A stretch of DNA of 63,616 bases, counting the filler, from Globobulimina sp. (Eukaryota): NCBI GenBank assembly GCA_003354225.1. It is 21 parts of 21 records of this genome, joined end to end, with 100 filler letters (N's around TTAATTAATTAA, not from the genome) between each part and the next. Parts side by side here need not be neighbours in the genome. Positions count along the whole stretch, not along the records: positions 48,556 to 51,488 come from PIVH01004307.1; positions 51,589 to 54,520 come from PIVH01004308.1; positions 54,621 to 57,552 come from PIVH01004309.1; positions 57,653 to 60,584 come from PIVH01004310.1; 17 more parts are not named here. One strand, written 5' to 3'. The position numbers were made by a program, and so were the translations under genes. The notes under the pieces are model-generated. The model saw only the letters and a program-made list of their open reading frames with translations. It was not told where the DNA came from and searched no databases. Below are positions 48,892 through 60,684 of the stretch, one piece after another; positions within the stretch are counted from its first letter, which is position 1, and each line of letters starts with the position of its first letter.

Positions 48892-50697
48892 TTAATGCAA
48901 TATGTTGCGTAAATATTCATGTTCAAATATTTGTGGATTTTTATTATCTCTGTAGCGAATTTCATTTAGTTTATCAAATTTCTCTTTGTATTGATATTTT
49001 ATAAATGAATATATATCCGAATAATTCTGACTATTCCCATTTTGCACAATTTTCATAAACTTAAAGCTTTGTAAATTTCTCCAATGTGGTTTTATTCCCT
49101 CAATATTGCCACCATATACTTTATATTTACAGGTTTGAACAAATTCTTTATGAAATTGCTGAAATATTTTGTTCTGTTCAATATTAAAAACATTCATATT
49201 CACAGTGCAATAAAAATCCGCCTCATGTTTTGAAGTACAATGAGAGATTCCATTCGATTGTGAAGCTTTAATTACTTTTAAATTTAATGCGTGTTGGTAT
49301 GGATAAATGTTATCTTTTAACATATTTTGATTATAACAATTGATTGCTGACATAAATAAATGTGCCGCTAATTCCACATTTGGAACATGATGGCCATTTA
49401 TTAATATTTTTCTGTGCGATTTTGAATTCAATGGAAATAACCATTCGATATTTTGAAATAAATTATTATTACTTTGCGATGGGTAAAATTCGAATAAATG
49501 CAATGCGTCACAGGATACCAATTTCATTGTTTGTTGTCCATTATTTGCTTTTGGGGACGACACCGCTCTCATTTTTGGCCGCAAATTTAATTTTATCACC
49601 AAGTCATTCAACAAATTGACATTGATTTTTGTGATTAATTTTGTGGCCAATTTATTTGTCCAAAAACTATCCTCATTGCCATTTAATAATTGTATTGACA
49701 ATATCTCAGTTAATGCATTGATTTCTCTCTGTAAAATGAGCCAATTTGTCTCCCATGTTTTACTTGGAAAAACTTTTTAAGTTAAAAATTAATTCAAAGC
49801 ATGGCAACAATAATAAACACAAAAACATACGTTGTGATGGTGCATTGTCATCAATACAATGGTCCAATGACACTGAATATATTTGATTGGTCGTTGGAAA
49901 CCAAAAAAATTCGTTATATCGTGTCGAATTTATAATATCTTCAAATGCTTTGGAAAAGGTCCTGCCTTTATTTTTACTTTTTGTTTTTGTTTTGCTTTTT
50001 GGGAATAATTTATCAATATTTATCACTCCAACATTCAACTTACAATAATATTCTTCTACAAATTGCAATTCGATCTCAATCACAATGCCTAATAATCCTA
50101 AATTTGGTAATAACGATTTAAAATCATCATCACTTTCGTTTGAATATTCAATCTCTTTGCCATCACTGTTCAATACAACTATTTTGGTGCAATAATCACT
50201 TAATGCGGACGTCATATATCCGCCACCATGCTCGGAAATGCTTATTGCGCCAACAAATGAATGGTATAAACTCTGTACTGAGCATGGCTCGGACAATATT
50301 TTTTTTTTACATTCAATCCGTTTATGACACCATTCTCGATATAACCAGATCGGAGTTGCACCACCGATACATATCTTATTATTGCCAATGTCACGCACAT
50401 ACATTAAGTCATACTCTTTAATACGTGCACCCGACAAATCATCTGCATATTCTATGGAAATATCATAGGTATACACACGTAAATGATTTGGTATCATTGC
50501 TGCAACCAATGGACTGTCACTTTTCTTGTCATCATTATCGATGCAATTATTATTGTTCGATGCAATTGTTGTCGCATAACCAACTGCGCAAACAGTGCGA
50601 TTTAATTTATTTGCCTTTTCAAGCAAATTTATGATATCTTGTTTTCTTTTGATATATGTTATATCGTTTGGGTCGAATAAATATTCCAATCGATCCC
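48892..50697 (-). CDS. FAD-linked oxidase, aldonolactone oxidase (ALO/GULO)-like, divergent
   Basis: FVGAISISEHGGG, IVVLNSDG, NLGLLGIVIEIELQ, EFFWFP, KPHW. Intron 49773..49830; first exon unresolved. Confidence 0.7.
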
Positions 50698-51630
50698 TTG
50701 TGTTGTGTATAAATTATATATTTGCTAAAACAAAGATATATATTTGTTCAGTTTAACTGTGTTTGACTGTGGAAATGAAATGGATAATCTTTAGCTAATA
50801 CATCACTTAAAACTGGTAATATTGTCAATATTCTATAAAAATCCGCGTGCGTTAATACTAGTTCCCGTTCTATATAGTTTTCATATCATTTATTGTTATT
50901 ATTCAATTCAAATTAAGTTTGCAACGATTACTGACAATTAATCGAAAACGTTTCCGGTTTAATATTATCAAAAATGTGATCGTAGCAAACTTAATTTGCA
51001 GTAAAATATAAAAATGTTAACTGGAATCGACTAGTTTTATGAAAGAGTGTGTAACAGAATCAATCACATTGAATAAAAAGGGTTGAAACCAAAACTTTTC
51101 ATCATTCTCTGATATTTCATGGATTAAATTAATGATTGACGATTGTTGTTGTTCTTCGACTGACGCAGTTAACATTGTTCTCGTACGAAGGAGCTGTTGC
51201 ATGCGATATTCATTATTTGCATATATATTTGTTCATTGTTACAATGCACTTAACAGATTTAGAGGTATTTTGAATAATAGACTCAAATTGAGCCTGTTTC
51301 TGCGTTGAGTGCTGAGTTTGTCTCGCGGCGGATCTGAGTTTACGAATGCAATCATCATAAAAATTAGGCGGTTTCCTATAATGTAGATAACGTTGAGACA
51401 CTTCCATGTAAGTTAATGTATTGTGATAAGTTGAGTTCATATCCCATGGCGGAAGTTCTTTCGGTGTTAATGCAACTGTCATTGGTGCNNNNNNNNNNNN
51501 NNNNNNNNNNNNNNNNNNNNNNNNNNNNNNNNTTAATTAATTAANNNNNNNNNNNNNNNNNNNNNNNNNNNNNNNNNNNNNNNNNNNNTTTTGAGTTTAT
51601 GGTTCTTACGCGAACTTTAATTTAATTAAT

Positions 51631-52743
51631 TTGAGGTCATTTTACTTCTCCTTGGAAAAAAAAAAACTCTCAGTTAAGTTGTGTCGATTTACACAACTCC
51701 ATAATGAACCGTCGCGCTATCATAACCAATTCAATATCCCTGCATTTGAGAAATATTTAGAAGGAAAACCAAAGGGTAAATCCGATGTAAAATGGATCAA
51801 AGTCGGATTTCCACTTTGGTTGAAGACACACTTTCAATCAAAAACACAACAACAAACACACGCCATTCATAACAAACTCTCAACGAAGATTTCAAATATT
51901 GCCAATACACCACAAGAAACTTTGGCGATATTGGATAAAATGATTGATGAGGCAGAGAATGGACAAATTGAACCATTTCTTGGTACTCCTAAATATATGA
52001 TAATGATTTTCTGCACACAGAAGAAAGACGGACAAGGTAAATATACCAAGTTCCGTGTGATAAGAAATGGTTCATTCAAAACCAAATCAACCTCCTCCAT
52101 AAATGAATTGATCCGTCCCATTAAATGCAAGATACCCTCCTTACCAAATTTGAAAAAATATATAAAAACGTTAATTGATTGCAATTTCTTTGCAATTCGT
52201 GATTTATCCGATTTCTTTCGCCAAATCGGATTATGTGAGGAAGATAGCGACTATATTTGCTATTCCCTGTTCGGCTTAGTATGGCGAGATAGAAAGCAAC
52301 CATATGGAGTGGCGTCAGCGCCTGCCAACTCTCAGTACTTTGCCCAAATCCTAATCTGGATATTGGATAACAAGATATTTGATATAGGAGCGGTGACTGA
52401 AGCCGACTGTACCGAAATGGAAAAACGCTTTGACACTTTAATGAAAGAACTTAATGAAAGAACTTCTTCCAATGGATTATCCGATGCATTATCAAGAAAC
52501 CAAATGAATGCGTTTTGGTCCATTGTCCAAAATTTTAATCTCGAGATGACCAAAAATAAAACGAACACATTCTATTTTAATCAATTTAAATTCATGAATA
52601 AACAATTAAATAATGGTGATCCTGTGATTGATTATCAATATGTTGATGATGAATATAAAGCGTTTATTGATTTCCTACGCTTACCATTAAAAGAGAGAGC
52701 ACGGATTGGATATCCTAATTATGCATCCAATTTTACATTATAA
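51631..52743 (+). mobile_element. DIRS/Ngaro-type reverse transcriptase-RNase H remnant, internally deleted
   Basis: KKD..KFRVI, SINELI, DLSDFFRQI, PYGVASAP; no YxDD; jumps to the RNase H end NGLSDALSR. Confidence 0.8.
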
Positions 52744-52817
52744 TAACCTCAATATTCTATATTGTGTGCAGTTTGCCATTGTGTGAATATTAATTGACAA
52801 TGTTTTTTTCTGTCTAG

Positions 52818-54102
52818 CTTGGTACAGAAGACGTTTCCAGAGAACTCACAAATTAGCGTCTAAACGACCAAAGACGGCAGACTTTATTGTGGAAACTAAT
52901 GTTTTAGATAAATGTATTGGCACCAAAGTGCAATACATTTCCCATTTAAGAAACTGGGTGTTTTATTGTGTCACACTAAAAGAGAACCCTTTCAAACTAC
53001 CGACAAATCCATCCCTCGCTTTGTTTTGGATAGCTGACCGTATACAACAATCCAATAAGGTGACATGTATACGTCAGGCACAATCAATGTTGTTATGGTT
53101 GCATGACATTGATGACATATACAGCCAACATTCAATACTGACGGCGAGTATACCCGCTTCAAACTCAGTGCCACTAAGCGCTTTGATACGCCTTCCGATT
53201 CCAGATTGCCTATAAAACTTAAACATTTAATCCGATATACATTGCAATCCAATTGTGTCATAAATCACTACCAAACAATACCATTAGACACATTATTAAA
53301 AGTATTGATAATCCAAATGTATTTTTTCACCATGTCACGTCCATCGGAGCTATTATTATCCAGATACTCCACAACGAAAAGAGGCGTTCTATTCAAACAT
53401 ATTGCATTCATAAAACTAAAACCATCCGATCCAAGTACTCATTTCCTACGAATGCAAATAATATCTCATAAATCCATGAAATCGCTTAATGATTCCAAAT
53501 TATTATTTGTAGGACATTCCTATTGTTCAGAAGTACTACATTCCAATGTATCCTGTCCATGTAAACTGTTAAGCCCGTTAAGATTATTAAAAGTATATCT
53601 AAAAAGAAGAAAGCAGCTCGCCTCCACTCTCCATGATGGTAAACGCAAAAACAGTCTTCGATTATCAGCAAACAAAAACGTGTTTGTATGGTCGAGCGGC
53701 AAAGTGGTTGACACCACTTCATTAGCAAAAATAATTAAAGAAGTAGTCGCTGCAAATTCTAGATATATATTGGAGCCAAAACGTTTCTCCGCTTTCAGCT
53801 CCAGAATAGGTGGTACTACCAGAGCCTCCCAAGTCGGAATTGCTCACGGACTTATTTTGAAATATGTAGGATGGAGCGATGCCAAACTCCCGGATATCAG
53901 TATGCGGTATGTCCGCCCAGACGCAATAAGTCTCAGTCGCATGATCCATGACATCATCCATGGTCCATCCCATAATGATTTGAACACCAAAAATAGATTA
54001 TTCCTACAAACGAATGTCGTGTTTGATCCATGTGCGAAATGCGAGGATCGAAGATTCTGTTATCAACAAATCAAGAACAGACACAAAAGAAACAAGAGAT
54101 AA
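52818..54102 (+). mobile_element. Tyrosine recombinase of the same retroelement, frameshifted/deleted near 53110-53210
   Basis: N-domain T..QY....NW..YC; catalytic pattern SRPSEL, HKS, FSSRIGGTT, VGWS, MRYVR; lies directly downstream of the RT. Confidence 0.8.
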
Positions 54103-54620
54103 ATAATATTCTATTCTGATTCAATGGTTTGCCACTAAAAAATTTCTTACATTCTAGGCTCCATTGAAATTTTCCACACGTTACACGCGGGCAAATGGGA
54201 TTATTGAAATAGTTTTATGTTTAATAAAATCTATTTCCTCTCTTATTGATTATTAATATTTCATATTAATAAAATTATATTTTCCCGTTTGTGAATAAGC
54301 TGTAACTGACCCATATTATTATTAAATTTAAATATTAATTTATAACAACACTTCTTGAACTTTTTGTACTGTCTAATTATAACAAAACAATATTGGGTAC
54401 TGTATAGTGTGTTTTGTTGAACAATGTCTTATATATTGTTTTGTAATATTCGTAAAACTTGGACCTTTTTCGGAGTCATTTTAAACAATGTCATAAACAG
54501 TCTGTTGCTAGGAATCATTGNNNNNNNNNNNNNNNNNNNNNNNNNNNNNNNNNNNNNNNNNNNNTTAATTAATTAANNNNNNNNNNNNNNNNNNNNNNNN
54601 NNNNNNNNNNNNNNNNNNNN

Positions 54621-55369
54621 CATTTGCTAAGGAAAAATATAGGGAAAGAGGAGGATTGAGGCTGTCTTAGGGGGTGGAGCCTATCCCCCCATACTTTTCG
54701 TTGGTTGGATCCCAATCTTGTACTCCTAAATGACCCATTAATGTTTCGCAATTTACGTACTGTAAGTGCACAGACGGTATATTGATATTTAAATTATTGC
54801 CTGACAGTGCCGGGATGGTTCCCCTCACTTCATAGTCACAGAAAATCACAGCAGAAGCACCCATTTGTTGTGCGTGGTATACTGCATCGGTAAAAGAACA
54901 ACCTGAGGACCTGTCAATTAGTAAAATAAAGCCAGTGTTTGCTGGCAGTGCATTGATATATTGATTGGTTCCTGTTGCAATATGGATTTGTGGTTTAATG
55001 TTGTTGAATTTATGCGAATGTGCGGATAAAATATTGATAAAATTGAATGTAACTGTATATTACCTAAAGTTTCTTGTGTTGGACATTCTGTGTGATATGT
55101 TGTAGATTTTGGTAAAACTAGAACAGCTTCTACACCGCCAGGTGGTTGGTATCCAAAAAAAGCAGGACCTAAATCATATGCTGCATTATGTAAAGCACCA
55201 GAAGTTTCAAATGGAAACGTTAATAATACGCCATGTTCTGATTCCTATACAATATAAAATAGAAACGATACTTCATTTACAGATTTGTATTATTTCAAAC
55301 CTCAGGTGTTTGAGCATTGAGGGTGTTGATTACGTATGTATATGTTAGGAAAATTATTGCAGTGTTCAT
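54621..55369 (-). CDS. Secreted protease-associated (PA) domain protein, sorting-receptor-like (3' partial)
   Basis: Hydrophobic N-terminus, AFFG, LLIDR..CSFTDAVYHAQQMGASAVIFCD, NIPSV; two introns. Confidence 0.7.
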
Positions 55370-55708
55370 TTAGATACAGCTGGCGAGAGGATGGTTCGAA
55401 TTCTTTTTGGAGTTTTTTTGACCTCAGAGTAGTATAACACATTCTGTGAATATGGTATGATTGGTATCAATGCAGGCCCTCAATCTGACAATCAGGAGCA
55501 GGGTGAAACAATCAGGAGCAGGTTGGGTACGATTAAATTCCATTGTATATCCCCAATCAAAATGTAACAAATGAATCTGTCACAAAATTCGCACAAATCC
55601 GAGCACTTTTTTCCGCTCGACAGCTATAGTTTTTTCAATCATAAATTAATCACAAAAAATGCTGTTAAGTAAGTAAATAAATATATAGAGTTAATATATG
55701 CATAATCC

Positions 55709-57319
55709 TTATACATGAATTTTCGCGGCTGCACGTCTTATGTCATCCAGTATTGCGGGAACCTCATTTTTATCCAGTCGGTAATTACTGGTTATCATTC
55801 TAAAAAACGTAGGCAAATGTTTACACGGACTGTGATCAAGCGCTGTCGTGGCTTCTTGCTCCATTTCATAATGTATTGTTTTCGTACTCGTTTCCAACAT
55901 ATTAACAATATCCTTATCATTGCCATCAAATCCACAATCTTTCCATCTCCGCACTTTATCCATTTGTATACTACCAACAAACCAAAAACACACATTACAA
56001 AAAGCAGGGTCTTGCACCAAAATGAAATCATCAGATTCTCGAATTAATTCACATAAATATTGCGCATTCTCCATCGCATTCTCCACTCGCAAACACAAAC
56101 CATTTTTACCATAATACAACCAATTTAAATACAATTTGAGTGCATCACATTGCCGTCCACATTGCAGTGTTTTCAAACCAATGTCATTGCTGTCACCGTG
56201 GAATAGATACTTTGCATTCGGCGGTGCGCAAGAATTGAATAAATAGGCTTCGTCTTTGACCAATAAACAGCCGCATAACAAACCGGTGGATAGCAACTTA
56301 TGTGCATCAAAACTAATACTGTCCGCATGTTCTATGCCATCCACTAAACCATGCAAATACCGATCAGTGTCACGACAAAACGCAACGGCGCCGCCCCAAC
56401 AGCCATCGACATGCATCCATATATCGTATTTCCTACAAAGGCTATGTACAGCAACAAAGTCATCAAATGCTCCCAAAACAGTTGTTCCCGCCACACAACA
56501 TAGCATAAAGGGTTTGCAGTGTTTATCTATCAATTCTGCGATAACTTGCTCACATTTGTCAATATCAATGTTGCCGTTGTCATGCGTTTCTAATTTAAGT
56601 ATGTTATTTGTACCAATGCCAACCTGGGCTCCTGCGGTCATCATGCTGTAATGGCTTTGGTCAGAGGTCAATATTATTGGTCGAGAGTGGCCTGTTTCTG
56701 TTCCAATTCCGTGAGTGGTGATCATTGGGAAATATTTGTCTCTCGCTAATCGGACTGCGATCATATTCGAATAGGCGCCGCCTGGCATGAACACGCCACC
56801 AAATGGCTCGCAATCTTGTTTATAAAATACTTTACATAAATTCTTGATGGTTATATGCTCGACAACGTTGAGGATCTGCGCTGCTTTAAAAGTGTGAGTG
56901 TTGTTATTGACCACAGAGAGTAACAATGTGGCAAACTGCGTAATGCTATCCGAGCCACAATACAATTTGTCACAGAAACGAGCTTTTGCTGAACGTGGGG
57001 AATGATTTAGAATTAAATCTATTTCTGATATTAAGTCCTCATTTGACAATGGTTCATGCGGTAAGGTTTCTGGACTATGTACCAATGATTTTAATTCGTC
57101 AAATGATTTGTTAGTACTTATTGGAATGTTTGTATCTTCGTTGTTGGCGATATGTTTTTTGAGCTTTGGTAATATTTCGGAGGATAAATATTCAAATTGT
57201 TGCAAGTCGTTTGGACAAATTGCTGATCGAATTGCGATGGGTTTGCTTTTGCTGCAAAATAGCCTGGATTGCAAATGTTGGAACTTGTTAATTCTCCTTG
57301 ACACAGTTCCGAGAAACAT
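55709..57319 (-). CDS. Group II PLP decarboxylase (GAD/CSAD-like) with putative mitochondrial presequence
   Basis: PGGAYSN, SDQSHYS, AGTTVLGAFD, WMHVDGCWGG, DAHK (PLP Lys), TLQCGRQCDALKL, NVCFW. Confidence 0.9.
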   Translation of the reverse strand: MFLGTVSRRINKFQHLQSRLFCSKSKPIAIRSAICPNDLQQFEYLSSEILPKLKKHIANNEDTNIPISTNKSFDELKSLVHSPETLPHEPLSNEDLISEIDLILNHSPRSAKARFCDKLYCGSDSITQFATLLLSVVNNNTHTFKAAQILNVVEHITIKNLCKVFYKQDCEPFGGVFMPGGAYSNMIAVRLARDKYFPMITTHGIGTETGHSRPIILTSDQSHYSMMTAGAQVGIGTNNILKLETHDNGNIDIDKCEQVIAELIDKHCKPFMLCCVAGTTVLGAFDDFVAVHSLCRKYDIWMHVDGCWGGAVAFCRDTDRYLHGLVDGIEHADSISFDAHKLLSTGLLCGCLLVKDEAYLFNSCAPPNAKYLFHGDSNDIGLKTLQCGRQCDALKLYLNWLYYGKNGLCLRVENAMENAQYLCELIRESDDFILVQDPAFCNVCFWFVGSIQMDKVRRWKDCGFDGNDKDIVNMLETSTKTIHYEMEQEATTALDHSPCKHLPTFFRMITSNYRLDKNEVPAILDDIRRAAAKIHV

Positions 57320-57909
57320 TTTTTTTGTAATTATATCCTTTCAAAAAAACAGGTACATACAAGTTACGCAAAAATATATTGGAATTTGATGATAGTACTA
57401 ACTGTGAATTATATGATTCATATTAACAGTATGTGTTGACATTTGTTTTGATTCGTTGCCCGGTGTACAATACTATAATAAGATAAGTAATGTTTGGAAA
57501 AGGCACAATTAAGCTATTGTTGTTCGAAAGGAATTAAATACGGTGACACCATNNNNNNNNNNNNNNNNNNNNNNNNNNNNNNNNNNNNNNNNNNNNTTAA
57601 TTAATTAANNNNNNNNNNNNNNNNNNNNNNNNNNNNNNNNNNNNNNNNNNNNATGGATCTCTACTCGAAGTAAACAACATACCCGCAAAGTGAAAGCGGT
57701 AACTAGCAGAAGTAGCATTCAATCAGCACAATTTGTTTAAATATAGCCGTGACATACAATAATATTTAGTGGATAAAACATACTATGTCTATGATAGAAA
57801 TTAGGTAAAATTAACAACACAAAGGAAACAACAAAGAAATATTCAATATGTATAATTGGTACTATTGCTGATTATGTTGTATGTATAATTTAATTTAATT
57901 TAACTTAAT

Positions 57910-59803
57910 TTAATTATGATATGTGGTGAATACAGGAATTTGAGGATTCACACAATCGACATATTCACCTTGATTCGGATCATGATAAATATCCGGGATT
58001 GTTTTACTTAAATTCAATTTCTCCCAAATATCCAATAACGCACAAACCAAATCATCGATCATTTCATCACTGTGTAATGGCGATGGCGTCAATCGAAATC
58101 TTTCTGTGCCTTTAGGAACAGTCGGATAATTAATTGGTTGCACATAAATTTTATATTTATCCAATAAAATATCTGAAACAATCTTACATTTTTTCGCATC
58201 GCCAACCATCAAAGGTATAATATGTGAATTTGACCAAATAAGCGGTAAACCAGCAGCTTTCAATTTAGTTTTTAATCTTAATACTTGTAATTGTTGCTTA
58301 TCCCTTAAGTATTGCGCATGTTTTAAGTAATTGACAGAGGTATTGGCTGCGGCTGAAACAGAGGGCGGCAATGCTGTGGTAAATATAAAGCCCGGCGCAT
58401 AACTCCGAACTGCATCAATCATATGACTCGGACCAGCAATGTAACCACCAAATACACCAAATGCTTTGCCCAATGTGCCAGATATTAATGTAATTCTATC
58501 CGATTCGCCATTTCTTTGTGCAATCCCACCGCCTTTATATCCATACATGCCAACTGCATGAACCTCGTCGATATAGGTTATCGCATTATATTTCTCGGCT
58601 AAATTGTTTATCTCTGCAATTGGCGAGATATCACCGTCCATACTATACACAGACTCGAACACAATTAATTTGTTAGCTGCACCATCCGCATCAATGGCGT
58701 CGATTTGCTTTAATATTCTTTCTAAGTCACTCAAATCGTTATGTTTCCATATATGTTTTTTAACCCTCGCATTGCGGACACCTGCAATCATCGATGCATG
58801 ATTTAACTCATCCGATATTATATGACAATTGCTCAATAACTGTGGCAGGGTGGATAAGGCCGCCTCGTTTGCAACATATCCGGATGAAAACACTAATGCG
58901 GATTGCTTGTCATGCAAGTCGGCCAACGTCGATTCTAACTTTGTCATATCATGCGTAGTGCCCGATATATTGCGGGTGCCGCCTGCACCGCAACCACTGC
59001 CCCGAATGGCCGATATCATGGATTCAGTTACCTCTTCATGTTGACCCATATTTAAATAATCATTATTACACCACACAGTTATATCTTCTTTCACTGCTTC
59101 TGCCTCTGCCTCAGCCTCTGCTCTATGTCTATGTCTATGTCTGGTTGCTTTTGGAAATGAACCATTATGTCTCTCAATATCAATAAATTCGCGATAATTA
59201 CCAGCTAAATGTAATCCGTCCAATTTTGCTTGTAATTCCCTTCGTACATTTGGTGGTGTTGCTGCTTCAAATTTTGAGGCGTTCATGGAAATCATCGATG
59301 GCATATTTGAATCACCATCCTCTTCATCTTCATCTTCTTCGTGTTCGTGTTGAGGTTTTGCACTTTCAAACATACAACAATCTGTATATTAATATAATAT
59401 ATCATATTTTCTAGAAATTTCAAGAATGCACTGTCAAATAAAACGTTAGTAACGAGAGTAATGAGTAATGGCCGTCAGTCAAACGTTTCAGTTAAATTTG
59501 ATATTAACGATATGAAATATACCTTGGTTGGAACATGAAAAATTCTTTTCTTTAATTAAATGCCCAATGGATGGGTCAGCTTCTTGCGCATTAAAATTGC
59601 CTTTAGCCACTTCACTGTATATTTATTGCTAACTTATAGAAATATAACATTTATGTGGTTAACTTTAAAAATGGGCAATGTTCACTATAATTTGAAGCAA
59701 ACATTGGTAATGTCGATAAATCAATTTTATTCATATTCATTTGTCTCATAAATGGGCATTTAACCAATTGTTTAGACGCTTGGACTGCCCGTGAAGTTGA
59801 CAT
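57910..59803 (-). CDS. HEM1: 5-aminolevulinate synthase, mitochondrial
   Basis: [60 protein letters not shown]. Two upstream exons (59803..~59663 and ~59612..59523) carry KCPF and HCPF. Confidence 0.95.
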
Positions 59804-59950
59804 ATTGCGTTTAATGGGTTTCCTTGTGTTGGAAGTTGATGCCCAGATGATCACTGTGTTTTTTTCTTTAGAGTTGTAAACGCGAAAAAAAGTGTGTCAG
59901 AAAATAAACTGTGACACTAAATCCTCTCTTTAAAATTGGATAATAAGGAC

Positions 59951-60584
59951 ATGGACGCAACACAACAACGTGCAAATCTCGTAGACCAAAAATTGAAAGA
60001 TTTAAATACAACATTGCAACAACTTCAGCAGTCATTACCAATTATTGAGTCTCGGAATGCTTCGTTAAATCCAGCATTTGAACCAAAACCAAAAACCGAT
60101 CGCAATGCAATATTATGCCGATCAGATGCATTAAAAATATTATCACAATTAAAATCAATTAAAAACACAGTGATTGAATATGAGGCGGAAAGAACCAAAG
60201 AAAAACAACATCTTGCAACGGTTCGTAACAATATGAGAAATGAATTATTATCAATAAAAAAACAATTATTAACTGACAATTTCCGTCAAACACCTATAGA
60301 ATTTCGAACCTATTTGCAATCACAATTACAATTATTAAAGCAAGAATTAATTAAACTGAATAACGATAATAATAATAACAAGCAACAAGCACCGGTATTA
60401 ATATTAGAGAAAGTTAAAGCAGAATTAATTGCAATTCGCGGCGAAATGGCAAATAAATTGCATGAATTGGCACAATATGAAGAATTTAAGGCGGAATTTT
60501 GTCCATACAAAGAGAAAATAAATGAAAAATTATTGAGGATTAAAAAAGAAGTGGAAAAATATGAGAAAGAGAACAAAAATAGAA
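59951..60584 (+). CDS. Coiled-coil protein (3' partial)
   Basis: Heptad-rich K/E/Q/L frame, divergent from ALAS. Confidence 0.6.
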
Positions 60585-60684
60585 NNNNNNNNNNNNNNNN
60601 NNNNNNNNNNNNNNNNNNNNNNNNNNNNTTAATTAATTAANNNNNNNNNNNNNNNNNNNNNNNNNNNNNNNNNNNNNNNNNNNN

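Noticed and set aside
51017-51488. Two short minus-strand ORFs as a gene
   Set aside because: They appear to be frame-broken fragments at a contig edge with no recognisable motif.
51631-54102. Retron, DGR or phage integrase system
   Set aside because: RT-RNase H-YR order and motifs match DIRS-order retrotransposons; no ncRNA or template/variable repeat pair was seen.
11371-59803. Functional clustering of cytochrome c, ALAS, channels or transposon parts across the window
   Set aside because: They lie on different contigs, so adjacency carries no information and they may not even share a genome.
2938-60684. Periodic TTAATTAATTAA palindrome every ~3.03 kb as a biological repeat or nanochromosome boundary
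   Set aside because: It is always embedded in 44+44 N, contigs are sorted by length and genes are cut mid-frame, so it is an artificial linker. ORFs ending in X...LIN are artefacts.
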